This document shows, piece after piece, positions 17,122-26,848 of a stretch of DNA of 34,726 nucleotides. How positions within the stretch are numbered: position 1 is the stretch's first letter; each line of letters begins with the position of its first letter. Origin of the DNA: a virus (taxonomy: Duplodnaviria > Caudoviricetes); the IMG/VR virus record IMGVR_UViG_3300040985_001649, positions 1 through 34,726 of that record; one strand, 5' to 3'. The position numbers and the translations under genes were made by a program. Below the pieces are notes generated by a model. That model saw only the letters and a program-made list of their open reading frames with translations. It had not been told where the DNA came from and did no database searches.

Positions 17122-17209
17122 TAGTCTTTCCTTGCGCCAGCACAACGGCGTCGGTGATGGTGAGGCGGGCGAGGGTGGCCCCGATGCCAAAGGCTCGGTA
17201 GAAGCCCAT
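17108..17209 (-). CDS. 33-aa mini-ORF, possible remnant of a receptor-binding gene
   Basis: MGFYRAFGIGATLARLTITDAVVLAQGKTNGPI fills the gap between two genes; N-terminus resembles MGRYKA of the next gene. Confidence 0.35.
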   Translation of the reverse strand: MGFYRAFGIGATLARLTITDAVVLAQGKTNGPI

Positions 17210-17214
17210 AGCCC

Positions 17215-17562
17215 CTACTTGTGCAGCATAAAGTGAACGTACCCGCTGCTAGCGGTGCACGAAAAGTAGAGGATGGGGGCCGCTGTTGGATAGTTGCCCG
17301 GCCGCATGATTGGGATCTCATAGTCCCCACCCGACTGCACGTCGTAAGCGTCGGCGTGCTGCGCGTTGCCGTCGGTCCCGCTGGTGTAGACAGCGCCGCC
17401 CGCGTCCGTCACGTCGTCTCCCTCCTTGTAGTAGTGCGAGAAGCGCCGCACCCACGCCGGAAGGGTCACCTTGGTTACATTGCCTCCGGTCGCGTGCATG
17501 GCTACCCGCGCCAGGGCGAAGTCGCCGATCTGTGGGGCGGTGGTTGATAGGTCTACAGCCAT
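17215..17562 (-). CDS. Hypothetical virion-associated protein
   Basis: GGAG RBS; beta-rich 115 aa. Confidence 0.7.
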   Translation of the reverse strand: MAVDLSTTAPQIGDFALARVAMHATGGNVTKVTLPAWVRRFSHYYKEGDDVTDAGGAVYTSGTDGNAQHADAYDVQSGGDYEIPIMRPGNYPTAAPILYFSCTASSGYVHFMLHK

Positions 17563-17589
17563 GGGGATCTCCGGTGGGCTTCTGCTATC

Positions 17590-17620
17590 AGGCTACCAGC
17601 GAGGGAGCACAGATACGCAA
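17590..17620 (-). promoter_or_regulatory. Putative promoter for the receptor-binding/lysis block
   Basis: Extended -10 TGgTAGCCT, same GGTAGCCT as the capsid promoter; TTGCGT at 19-bp spacing. Confidence 0.4.
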
Positions 17621-17712
17621 ACTGATGTGGGGGGGCCCTGTTGGCCCTGGGATGCGGCAACGGGACCGGCGACAGCGCGGGCGGGGCGTGGTGTGGGTGC
17701 TGGCAGAGTGAT

Positions 17713-19215
17713 TCATCGGCCACGCGGCCGGGCCAGCGCGTAGTCCCACACGCCACCGCTCAGCGTCCGGCGCTGGACGAGGGCGTAGCGCTTCTCGCTG
17801 GCCAGATAGACCCACGTGCCTGCCTGGTCTCGTCCCCACTCGGCTGGCACTTGCCACGCCGACACCTCCCAGCCCATCGCGCCTATGCGGGCCGCCCACG
17901 ACGCTTGCCGCCAGGCCGTCGAAGCGGTCCAGCTCCACGACGCCTGCGTCGCGGCCTCGTTCTGCCCCGCCAGGTGCCGCACCCAAGCATGGGGCAGCGA
18001 TGCGTCGCGAGCATCCGACGCGCCTACCCGAACGTCGCCCGAGTCCGAAGCCACCTCGACGCGCCCTACCCGGGCCTCGCCGGCCCCCGTCCACGCCGAC
18101 ACCCTACGGAACGGGCCGCCGTCGTCCCACGTCGCGGTCGCCACCTTGTCGGCCAGGTAGGGGTCGAGGATTACGGGGGCCCAGCCATCGCGGGCCCGGC
18201 GCATCGTCACGGGTAGGCCCGTGAGCAGGTCGCGCGCCACCTCCCACGCCCTCGATTCCGGGTCATCAATAAGCCCGCCCACGTCCAGGTCGAGCAGGCC
18301 CGCCAGCGCCAACCATTCCGGCAGGTCGATGGCAGCGCCGCCGACAGCCAGCAGGTAGGCGGCCAGCGACATCGGGTCATAGCGGCCGAGCGGGGCCAGC
18401 GCGGGGCCAGCCGTCCAGGCGGTCGTGTACGTGGTGCCGTCGGTGTCGTCGAGCGACGACCCGGCAATGTCCACGATTGCCACAGTTTGGCCGAGCCCAT
18501 CCTGGATGTAGGTGATGTCGATCACCGCAGAACCGCCCACGCTGTCGAGCACGGTCACCGCTGAGGCCCGGCACCATCCGACCGAGACCGCTGCGGCGTT
18601 GTTGGTCGGTGGGGCCGCCGCGATCTGGTTGATGACCGGTGCCGGCGGCCCGTCCACCTCGCCGCCAGGTGCCGGCCTGCCCAGAACGAGCGGGTACCGG
18701 GCGCCGAGCTCGGGCGAGTCGGGCCACGTGTCCGCAGAGACCGCCCAGGCCCATCGAGCTACGGGCCGCTCCGTCCGGTAGGGCGAGTCCTCGATGGTGC
18801 ACGCGATGTAGCCGGCGGGCTGCTCGGGGTCGCTGTGCATGGCCTCGGTGGCGAACCCTTTGGCCCGGACCTCGCGGGCGCTCCATTCGTGCACCAGCAC
18901 CGCGTCGCGGTGCCAAACCCAGGCCACCTCGAGGTCGATGTCGTGCGCGTCGAAGCCGGCCGCGATGTAGGCCGCCACGTCCACTGCCGGCAGCACAAAT
19001 GCCACCGGCACCGATACGCCGACATCGCCGCCAGGCTCCAGGCTGATCTCGTCCGACAGGTCGGGGGCCTCGACCAGCCCGGGGTCTGCGCCCCACTTCG
19101 TCCCGGTCAGGGCCCGCGCAGCCAGCCGCCACGTGCGGCCCGCCCAGGTCACCGACAGCACAACGGCCACCTGGGCGTCGCGGTAGTCGGTGCGTCCTGT
19201 GGTCGGGCCAATCAT
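17713..19215 (-). CDS. Tail tip/baseplate hub-like protein
   Basis: 500 aa directly downstream of the large tail protein; YPLVLG motif; position in the tail module. Confidence 0.6.
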   Translation of the reverse strand: MIGPTTGRTDYRDAQVAVVLSVTWAGRTWRLAARALTGTKWGADPGLVEAPDLSDEISLEPGGDVGVSVPVAFVLPAVDVAAYIAAGFDAHDIDLEVAWVWHRDAVLVHEWSAREVRAKGFATEAMHSDPEQPAGYIACTIEDSPYRTERPVARWAWAVSADTWPDSPELGARYPLVLGRPAPGGEVDGPPAPVINQIAAAPPTNNAAAVSVGWCRASAVTVLDSVGGSAVIDITYIQDGLGQTVAIVDIAGSSLDDTDGTTYTTAWTAGPALAPLGRYDPMSLAAYLLAVGGAAIDLPEWLALAGLLDLDVGGLIDDPESRAWEVARDLLTGLPVTMRRARDGWAPVILDPYLADKVATATWDDGGPFRRVSAWTGAGEARVGRVEVASDSGDVRVGASDARDASLPHAWVRHLAGQNEAATQASWSWTASTAWRQASWAARIGAMGWEVSAWQVPAEWGRDQAGTWVYLASEKRYALVQRRTLSGGVWDYALARPRGR

Positions 19216-19216
19216 T

Positions 19217-22200
19217 CTACCGCTCCTCCCGCAGGGTCATCGTAGCCACCCGCACTACCTCGGTCTCGCCCGCATCGCCCAGCACCACCTCGAGGTCCGG
19301 GGCTGACTCGACGGTGCCCCATAGCTGCTCGTTGCGCCTGCGCAGTTGGACCGCGCCCGCGGCCACCTGGTCCCACACGCACCACCCGACCGGCCGCCCG
19401 TCCTGCCGCTCGAGCATGCGCACCAGGGACCGCGGGATCTCGCCCAACGATGCCGCAGGCTCAGAGCCCGAGCTGTACGGGGTCACGTATCGGACCTCGG
19501 CGGTGCCGCTGATGTCGGACTCGTCGACCCCCTCGTCCCAGGCCATGCGGAGCTCACGCGATGCCGGGGAGCGCGAGACCCGCACCCCCACGTCGCCTTC
19601 GAGGGCGACCCGTTCGTGGCCAGGAATGGCGGTGTAGCCTCGGCCCCAACTCGGCGGCTGGGCGATGACGTGGGCGTCACACCATGCGATCTTGGTCCGC
19701 AGGTCGCCGTCAGCGGTGGTCTGCGCGGGGATGCGCAGCCGCCATGCCGTCGCGGTCTGGCCAGGAACCAGGATCGTGACCTCTGGCGACCACAGCGACA
19801 GCGTGCCCCCAGTGGTCGGGTCGCCCGCCAGGGTGCTGTCCAGTGTCAGTCGCGCCCTGGGCTCGCTGGTGCTGCTCGACCACCGGCCCGGCCCGTTGCC
19901 TGCCGGGTGGCGGTGCCGGGTCGTTCCTGCGCCGTTGTCCCACTCGGCCGTCCAGTCGCCGTCCACCTCATCGCGGTGCAGGTAGACCGTCGAAGCGGTG
20001 CCGCTGGCCCGGATGGTCTTCCCTGTCCGCACAAAACTGGCGCCCTGCAGTACCGCGCTGTCGATGGCGGCGGCCTGCGTCCAAGCACCACCCTGCGGTA
20101 GGTACTCCAGAAACGCCGTGCGCCAGTTGCACCAGAGCCGCAACGCCAGCAGCGGCTCGTGCTCTGCATCTTCGACGTTTGGCCGGGCGGCGTCCACCGC
20201 CCAGGGGATGATGACCTGCGCCGAGTCGTCCACGCTGCGGTGGTGGATTCGACGGCTTGGCGCGTCGAGGCTCAGCGCGCGCGCCACCTCGTAGTCGCCG
20301 GATACCGGGGTGGTCCAACTGTCGCCGATGCGGGCCGGGCCACGTCGAGCAGAGAGCAGCAGTCCATCCAGGCACCAGTCCTGCGCGGTTCCCACGGGTC
20401 GCCCGGCCAGCACGTCGGGGTTGTCGCCGCCGGCCTGGTTGAGGCCCGGCCACAGGGCGTGCGAGCCCGGCGACAGACCACCGGCCGAGTAGGGAAACGC
20501 CCAGGAGACGGCGAACCACGTGCTTTGGTTCTGCGTGGTGCCGCCGCTGCTGATGAGGTGGCCCCAATCCATGTGAGGCACCACCCCGCCTGCGCCGCTG
20601 TCATCGGTGAGGGTGTAGGCCCCGATCCTGGTCCACTGGCGGCGGTTGGCCGTGCTGCCATCATTCAGCCGGTACCAGACCTGCAGCGCGCGCCCGGCTC
20701 CGGTTTCGGCGTGCATCTGCAGGCCCCACCGCACCACGTAGCGGGCGCCAGAGGTCAGGCCGGTGATGTGGGCCAACTCAGTGCCTGCCACCACGTCGCG
20801 GATGGCGATCGAGGTGGCCGTGCGCACGCATGCGAATTCGACGCCGTGGGTGGTTGATGCCAGCCGCATCGCAAACCCGATATCAAGCGTGGTGCCGATG
20901 CCCTGAGTCTGAGCCACCGCGCAGTCCACTTCACCATCACCCACTTGGGTGATGCCGTTGTCGACGCCGACGTGGCGATAGTTGTTTGTGCCTGCGGTGC
21001 CTGCGCCGTCGCCGGTCGTGATGGCGTGGGCGCCCGCGGTGAGCGCTGAGGTGAACGTGAGCGCCGTAGACGCCGTGTAGAGTTGATTCTCCGGCAACTC
21101 CCACGGCATCCACGTGCGGAGCCACCCCTGGCGGTGCCCGATGCGGACGCCGTGGCGCTCGTAGGGCAGCACCAGGTCGGTCCAACCACCCATCTGCACC
21201 ATGGCCAGGCCGCCGGACCCCTTTGTGGTGCCCTCGGAGCCAACCGCCAGATTGACGGCGCCGCGCCACCACGTCGCGCCGATGGCTGCGGGCCGGTTGC
21301 CCTGCGCTGCCCCTGCCAGGTCTTCGGGATAGAACCAGTACCCACTGATGTCGTTGGTGCTCGGGATTGTGGCGTGGCCCGCTGTCCATTTCTCGCCGCC
21401 ATCACCGCTGTAGTAGGCGTATTGGACGCCTGAGCCCACGCCGCCAGCGCTGGCCCCCGTGCACGTGTAGCACCAGAGCGAGCCGGCAGGGTCATAGGCC
21501 AGAGCGTTCTCGCCCACGTCGTCGTCATCGAGCACTTCGGCCGTGCCAGCGCCTGCGGTGCTGAATCCGCCATCCGCGTCGATGTTGTGCGCCGCCTTGA
21601 TGCTGAACGCCTGCGCCGTGCTCAGCGGCTGCCATGCCGACCCGATGGTGGCCACCTGTGGGGCGCCCTTCCCGTTCTGCAACCAGGAGACGGCAAACCC
21701 GGTTGGCGTCGCCACCACGTCGGGCAGCGCTCGGCCTTGCCGGCCAACGGTGTGCAGCGCGGGCGGGTAGGTCTCGACCACTTCGAGCCGTTCAGCCAGG
21801 GACGCGCCCGCGAATTGCCTGATGACGTCCTGGTCATTGTCGAGCCGGTGGCCCTTGAGGTGGGCCCACACGCTCACCTCGCCGTCATTGTAGGCCGCAC
21901 GGATCCGCCCGCACGCAAAGAGGCTGCCAGCGCCGCCGGCCGGGTCAGTCGCCACCACGACATCATCGAAGACGTCTTCATCGAGCGTGGAGTAGTCCTG
22001 CGCCAGCGCCCAGGTCAGGCCAGCATCAGCGGACACCCACGTGGAAATAAACGTGTTGGGCTTCGAGCCGCCGCTGGCCGGGTCGTATGCGACGCCCTGC
22101 CGCCATGCCAGCAGGTAGACATCGTCTTCGACCACGACGAGGCACGGGTAGGATACCGACGTATTGGGCGCGCCAGGCACGCTGGTGGCGGTGCCGATGT

Positions 22201-22666
22201 TGGTCCACGAGGTATCGCCGGGTGCCTTGATGTAGACCCGGCCAGCTGCGCCAGCCTCGACAACGGTGATCAGCGTGCCGTTGGGATGGGCCACGATGTC
22301 CGGCCGGATGCCGGTGATGGCGGAGTCGATGACGTCGTAGGCCGAAAGCACCCCGGGCTGCTCGTGGCCCGTGTACAACGCTTCACCCGTCCGGCGAACG
22401 GCGGCCGTCATCCCGTGGTCAACCTGTCCGGGCAAGCCCCCGTGCTGGGTCCGCACTTCGTAGTCGGCCGTGCCGGTGATGTCGCCGTCAGCCAGCAGGC
22501 GCGCATGCGTGGCAGCATCGGCCACCGGGATGCCAGGGCGCGGCCCCTGCTCGGTGTAGGCCCGGCCCGACGTGGCATCGTCCGCCGTCCACACCTCGAT
22601 CGGGCGAGACAGGAGCAGCGCCTGCAGGCGGCCACTCAGCGGGGGGATGTTCGCGATGTCTGCCAT
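19217..22666 (-). CDS. Large tail protein with Asp-box/BNR beta-propeller region
   Basis: SADAGLTW and SGDGGEKW Asp-boxes; follows the tape measure. Likely ATG at 22666 (track start 22747). Confidence 0.7.
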   Translation of the reverse strand: MADIANIPPLSGRLQALLLSRPIEVWTADDATSGRAYTEQGPRPGIPVADAATHARLLADGDITGTADYEVRTQHGGLPGQVDHGMTAAVRRTGEALYTGHEQPGVLSAYDVIDSAITGIRPDIVAHPNGTLITVVEAGAAGRVYIKAPGDTSWTNIGTATSVPGAPNTSVSYPCLVVVEDDVYLLAWRQGVAYDPASGGSKPNTFISTWVSADAGLTWALAQDYSTLDEDVFDDVVVATDPAGGAGSLFACGRIRAAYNDGEVSVWAHLKGHRLDNDQDVIRQFAGASLAERLEVVETYPPALHTVGRQGRALPDVVATPTGFAVSWLQNGKGAPQVATIGSAWQPLSTAQAFSIKAAHNIDADGGFSTAGAGTAEVLDDDDVGENALAYDPAGSLWCYTCTGASAGGVGSGVQYAYYSGDGGEKWTAGHATIPSTNDISGYWFYPEDLAGAAQGNRPAAIGATWWRGAVNLAVGSEGTTKGSGGLAMVQMGGWTDLVLPYERHGVRIGHRQGWLRTWMPWELPENQLYTASTALTFTSALTAGAHAITTGDGAGTAGTNNYRHVGVDNGITQVGDGEVDCAVAQTQGIGTTLDIGFAMRLASTTHGVEFACVRTATSIAIRDVVAGTELAHITGLTSGARYVVRWGLQMHAETGAGRALQVWYRLNDGSTANRRQWTRIGAYTLTDDSGAGGVVPHMDWGHLISSGGTTQNQSTWFAVSWAFPYSAGGLSPGSHALWPGLNQAGGDNPDVLAGRPVGTAQDWCLDGLLLSARRGPARIGDSWTTPVSGDYEVARALSLDAPSRRIHHRSVDDSAQVIIPWAVDAARPNVEDAEHEPLLALRLWCNWRTAFLEYLPQGGAWTQAAAIDSAVLQGASFVRTGKTIRASGTASTVYLHRDEVDGDWTAEWDNGAGTTRHRHPAGNGPGRWSSSTSEPRARLTLDSTLAGDPTTGGTLSLWSPEVTILVPGQTATAWRLRIPAQTTADGDLRTKIAWCDAHVIAQPPSWGRGYTAIPGHERVALEGDVGVRVSRSPASRELRMAWDEGVDESDISGTAEVRYVTPYSSGSEPAASLGEIPRSLVRMLERQDGRPVGWCVWDQVAAGAVQLRRRNEQLWGTVESAPDLEVVLGDAGETEVVRVATMTLREER

Positions 22667-22667
22667 A

Positions 22668-24518
22668 TCAGCGCCTGCCAGGGATTCGGCCAGCACGACG
22701 GCGCACTGGTTGGTAGCGGTCGGGCGACCGCATCGGGTCTCGACCATAGCGGCCGTGGTGCCGGTCGGCGTCGCGGATCAAGACCTGGGAGCCACCGCCA
22801 CCGCCGATGCCTGCCCGCTGCATCTGCCGCACCAGGTCTCCCTCGTCCCGGCCAGCCACCACCAGGTCGCGCGGTGCGAATTTGGCCGTCATCCCCTGCG
22901 GGCCTGCGCGCTGGATGCCGGGCGTGTCGGCAAAGGTTGGCTGCTGTGAGGCGATGACGGCCACCTGAATGGCAGCCTGCGCGGTCACAGCGGCGGCTAT
23001 CCCGATGGATGCCGGATACGGATAGTCGGCGAACGCCCGCGCGGCGCCCGCAGCGCCCGAGATGACGGCCTGAACGATAGATATCGCCTTGTAGGCGTTG
23101 AATGCCTGCTGAGCCGCCTCCCTGTTTCCGTCGGCGATCTGGTTGGCGTAGCCGAGCAGCGCGCCCGCCGATGTGGTCGCCAGTCCGTTGACTGCGCCGT
23201 AGAATGCCTGTTGGGCCCGCTCTCGCTCGCGGAGCCTTTGGACTTCGGCGTCGCGCACCTTTTTGCTTAGGGCCTCCTGCTCGGCCGCTTCCGTCCGGGC
23301 CCGGTCGCGCCGCATCTCCCACAGCTCGACTTCGCGCTGCTCACGCACGGCGGCGCGGGCGGCGTCGGCGGCCTCACGGTCGCCGCTGGCCTGCTGTAGG
23401 TCAGAGATGGCCAGCATCTGCCGCTTGTACTCCTCATTCAGCCGGGCCTCGCCGCTCAGGATGGTGAGCTGCGACGCCTGCTGGATGGCGCCAAGGTCGG
23501 CCGACGCTCGGGCGCGTTCTCGGGTTGCCATGGCCGCCTCGCGCTCGGCAGCAGCCCCGCCAGCGCCGGATGGTCCGCCGCCCTTAGCAGCGGCTGCGGC
23601 GACCTTGGCGGCCTCGCGAGCGGCTGCCACTTGGTTGTACGTCTCGTTGACGTTCTCGATCTTCGCTGCGGTCTCAGCCTTGAGCGCGTCCAGGTTGGCC
23701 TTGGCTGCTGGCAGCTCCTTGCGCAGCGCGTCCAGCCGTAGGCGCGCCCCGATCGTGTCCTTGGATGACAGGTCGCCGGACTGGGTGGCCGCCTGCAGTT
23801 CTTGCCGCTGGACCTCAAGACGGGCCCACCTCGCGCCCGCCTCGAGCAGGATAGCCCGCGCGCTTTCCCTTGCCGTGGTGATGGCCCTCATCTGCTGGAT
23901 GTCGAGCGCGGTCAGGTCGCCGGTCTCGAGGAGCAGGAGCTGGCGGGTGTTGGCGATCAGCGTGTTGAGCTTGCGCCGTGCCGCTGCAGCCGCCTCGATG
24001 ACCTCTGGCCGCATGGCTGAGTTGACGTCTTGTATGGCGTCACGGGTGGCCTTCAGCTCGCTCTGCGCCTCGTGGTAGGCGTTGGCGAAGATTGACACGG
24101 CGGCCACGCCAGCGGCCAATGCGAGCCCCACCGGGCCCGACATCATCCCCGCCATCGCGCGACCGGCCTTCGTTACTAGGTCCATATTGACCTGGACAAC
24201 CTGGAGGCCCTGCTGGACGAACACCTGAGCGGCTGGGGTGCCTGCTGCCAACTGGCTGGCGACGTCTGGCAGTTGGACAGCGACCGATTGGCTAGCGCGT
24301 GCCAGCCGGTTCGATGACTTCGCCGCGCCCGATATCGCGCCGCCGTAGCCGCCGGCCGACTTGGCGGCCCGGTTCTGCGCCCGCTCTACAGCCTTCATCG
24401 ACTTGTTGAGGTCCCCGGCCATCTTCTTGGCTTCGGCGCGGGTGATGTCGGTGATGCTTGCGAGCTTTAGCCGTAGGTCCTTTAGCTCGGCTTTGTAGCT
24501 GACTGTCGCGGTGGCCAT
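22668..24518 (-). CDS. Tape measure protein
   Basis: 616-aa Ala-rich helical protein with lambda-type QLPDVASQLAAG..VFVQQGLQV motif. Confidence 0.88.
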   Translation of the reverse strand: MATATVSYKAELKDLRLKLASITDITRAEAKKMAGDLNKSMKAVERAQNRAAKSAGGYGGAISGAAKSSNRLARASQSVAVQLPDVASQLAAGTPAAQVFVQQGLQVVQVNMDLVTKAGRAMAGMMSGPVGLALAAGVAAVSIFANAYHEAQSELKATRDAIQDVNSAMRPEVIEAAAAARRKLNTLIANTRQLLLLETGDLTALDIQQMRAITTARESARAILLEAGARWARLEVQRQELQAATQSGDLSSKDTIGARLRLDALRKELPAAKANLDALKAETAAKIENVNETYNQVAAAREAAKVAAAAAKGGGPSGAGGAAAEREAAMATRERARASADLGAIQQASQLTILSGEARLNEEYKRQMLAISDLQQASGDREAADAARAAVREQREVELWEMRRDRARTEAAEQEALSKKVRDAEVQRLRERERAQQAFYGAVNGLATTSAGALLGYANQIADGNREAAQQAFNAYKAISIVQAVISGAAGAARAFADYPYPASIGIAAAVTAQAAIQVAVIASQQPTFADTPGIQRAGPQGMTAKFAPRDLVVAGRDEGDLVRQMQRAGIGGGGGSQVLIRDADRHHGRYGRDPMRSPDRYQPVRRRAGRIPGRR

Positions 24519-24519
24519 T

Positions 24520-25221
24520 CTACCCCTCTGCCAGTTGGTCGAGCGCGTCGCGGGCGTCCTCGATCAGTGCGGCCTCTCGCTTGCGCAACGGCGTGCGCAC
24601 GCGGTGGGACCATACATGCTTGCCGGCCACCGCTTCGGATGGGGCGCCCTGCCCGTGCCGGTCGAAGAGACTGCGCTTGTGGGCGCGGCGCATCGTGTCC
24701 TCGCCCACCTCGTTGCCCTTTGGCCACCAACCCTTCCACACTCCGCGCGTAGCCTCTTCGGCGAAGTGATTGGCCACCCGACGGCGGGCGCCTCCCCTGC
24801 CCGCATATGGCCCCTTCAGGCTTCGATCGGACGGGTTGACCCGGTCCACCTTGGCGGCCATCCGCGCCCACGACTGCGCCCCAAACTGGCGGGCCTCGCG
24901 GTCGATGATGTCGGAGGTCACCACGGAAAACCGCAACTTGAACGTATACGGCACCGGGTTGAGCGCCACCACCTCGAGCACCGTCGGGCTGATGCGGTCG
25001 ACGACGTGGGTGGCGTCTTGGCTCTTCCCCGTCCGGCGCGGCCACAGCATCGAGTTGCCGCGGGCGTCTTTGACTACCGGGTCCATCTGTTTGTGTGCCG
25101 CGCGCATGAAAGTGTGCACGGCGCCGTCGGTGATGCGGTTGGCCAGGGCGATAACCTCGCGCTGGTCGATCTCGATGGTGGCGGCGCCTTGCCGGGCCAC
25201 GATTCGGTCTCCGCGTGCCAT
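24520..25221 (-). CDS. HK97 gp10-like tail/neck protein (putative)
   Basis: WPRRTGKS...ALNPVPY resembles the PxxTGxLxxS...NxxxY pattern; basic protein. Confidence 0.55.
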   Translation of the reverse strand: MARGDRIVARQGAATIEIDQREVIALANRITDGAVHTFMRAAHKQMDPVVKDARGNSMLWPRRTGKSQDATHVVDRISPTVLEVVALNPVPYTFKLRFSVVTSDIIDREARQFGAQSWARMAAKVDRVNPSDRSLKGPYAGRGGARRRVANHFAEEATRGVWKGWWPKGNEVGEDTMRRAHKRSLFDRHGQGAPSEAVAGKHVWSHRVRTPLRKREAALIEDARDALDQLAEG

Positions 25222-25225
25222 GCCG

Positions 25226-25803
25226 TTACCTCCGCCGGTTCGCTGCCTCTATTGCTCGGTTCGTCTTGCGCGCATCGTCTCCACGTAGATGCAGGTCGGC
25301 CATCAGCATCACCCGCTCCTCGCGGGTTAGGCCGTCCCACCATCGGGGGGGCTGCCCGTGCTCCCGGCAGAGGAGGAGGGCGTCCCTGTAGGCTCCTCCT
25401 CGTCGGCCAAAAAACGTTTAGCCTCGTCGAGCTCGGCCTGCGTCATGCCCGACCGGTAGGCCCACGCCTCTGCCTCGTGGCAAGCGCCGTTCAGGTCGTA
25501 GACCGACACTTCGCCCTTGGTGGCCTGGCGTAGATTCTCATAGACCACCCCGCCATACCGCAGGACGTCAACCCCCGGATACCACGCCTTTGGGCGAGGC
25601 TTGGCGGCCCATGTGACCTTCTCAGGCCAGCACATAAACAGGGCAGCCGCGCCGTAGGCAAGCACAGCGGCGGGGTCGACCTCGCCGTCGGGCCCGCGCT
25701 TGTACCCGGTCATCGTGAAAAGCGCAGGCGGCTCGACCAGGGTGGCGGACGACGTGCCCAGCGTCACGGTGGGCGCGGGCGGTGGAGTGCTCGGGTCAGG
25801 CAT
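25226..25803 (-). CDS. Tail assembly chaperone: short form 25327-25803 plus -1 frameshift long form ending at 25226
   Basis: Slippery T TTT TTG at 25408-25414; -1 frame reads ...DALLLCREHGQPPRWWDGLTREERVMLMADL...ANRRR* and stops 4 nt before the next ATG. Confidence 0.8.
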
Positions 25804-25826
25804 GGCGCCCTCGTTGGGTGGGTGGG

Positions 25827-26315
25827 TTAGCGGCCGGCGACCAGGATTACGCCGTCAGCGACGACCTTGGCAATGCATGTCAGTTCGATCGACACCTCGG
25901 CTGACTGTCCGGCGCTCTGGGTGTACTCCATCGAGCCGCGCACGTCGTCGAAGGTCCACACGCGCGAGTCGGTGCTGTAGCTCTCGTCGCACTGCAGGTC
26001 GCAGTGCGGGTCGTCGCCGATATCCAGGGCGGTGCTGACGTAGCCGGCGATGGTGCCCATAATGATCTGATAGGCGTCCTCGTCGAAGCGTGCGACGTGG
26101 CCACTGATGCTGATGGTCACCAGCGCGCGCTCACCCTTCCGGGCTCCAATCACGGCGCCCTGGGCCTGTGTGATGACCGACTCCCGCCCGCCCGGCTGAA
26201 TGTTGGAGACCGACATAGAGCCGGTGAACTTCTGCAGGGCGGCGCTGTTGGCGCCGTCGTCGCTGAAAGTCAAGGTGCCGTCGTCGAAGTTGCGAACGGT
26301 GGTAGCTGCAGACAT
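25827..26315 (-). CDS. Major tail tube protein (putative)
   Basis: 162-aa beta-rich acidic protein immediately upstream of the frameshifting chaperone; AGGAG RBS. Confidence 0.65.
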   Translation of the reverse strand: MSAATTVRNFDDGTLTFSDDGANSAALQKFTGSMSVSNIQPGGRESVITQAQGAVIGARKGERALVTISISGHVARFDEDAYQIIMGTIAGYVSTALDIGDDPHCDLQCDESYSTDSRVWTFDDVRGSMEYTQSAGQSAEVSIELTCIAKVVADGVILVAGR

Positions 26316-26323
26316 GCGGGCTC

Positions 26324-26842
26324 CTACTCGGCGACGCCGAAGATGATTGATCCGGTCGCCGGGGCGCTACCGGTCTCGATGAGGTCGAGCTTGCTGTTTG
26401 TGGTGACGTCCAAGCCGTCGGGCCCGAAGTCCATCCCGATGCAGCGCAGGCCGCCGATGGAGTTCAGGTTGAGCACGTCGGAGGCGTCGGAGAAGATGGC
26501 CAGGAAGTTGGCAGCGGGCGCGGCCAGTTGAAACTCGCCGGTGTCGCACTGGATCACCATTACCTTGAGCTCGTCGGCGTCGATGGCCACGCCGTCCGGG
26601 GTGGTTAGCGAGCCGGCGGCCAACAGGTCGTACGACTTCGTCTGGCCGGAAGTGAAGGCCAGCACGGCCTTGTACCACTTGCCGATCTTGCCCGAGCCGG
26701 TGCCATTCGAGAAGCGCCGCCCGCCCGTCGCGTTGACGACGGAGCCGCGCATGGCGCCGCTTGCGCCGTCGCCTGCAGTTGCGTCCAGCGTTTCCTCGGC
26801 GGTGCACTCGATGACGATGAGGGCGCTGTAGCTGTTGGCCAT
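26324..26842 (-). CDS. Virion structural protein (hypothetical)
   Basis: G/A/S/T-rich ORF in the head-tail operon. Confidence 0.65.
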   Translation of the reverse strand: MANSYSALIVIECTAEETLDATAGDGASGAMRGSVVNATGGRRFSNGTGSGKIGKWYKAVLAFTSGQTKSYDLLAAGSLTTPDGVAIDADELKVMVIQCDTGEFQLAAPAANFLAIFSDASDVLNLNSIGGLRCIGMDFGPDGLDVTTNSKLDLIETGSAPATGSIIFGVAE

Positions 26843-26848
26843 TGGAGA

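Noticed and set aside
16300-22666. Diversity-generating retroelement or invertible tail-fibre system
   Set aside because: No reverse transcriptase, invertase, TR/VR pair or flanking inverted repeats seen.
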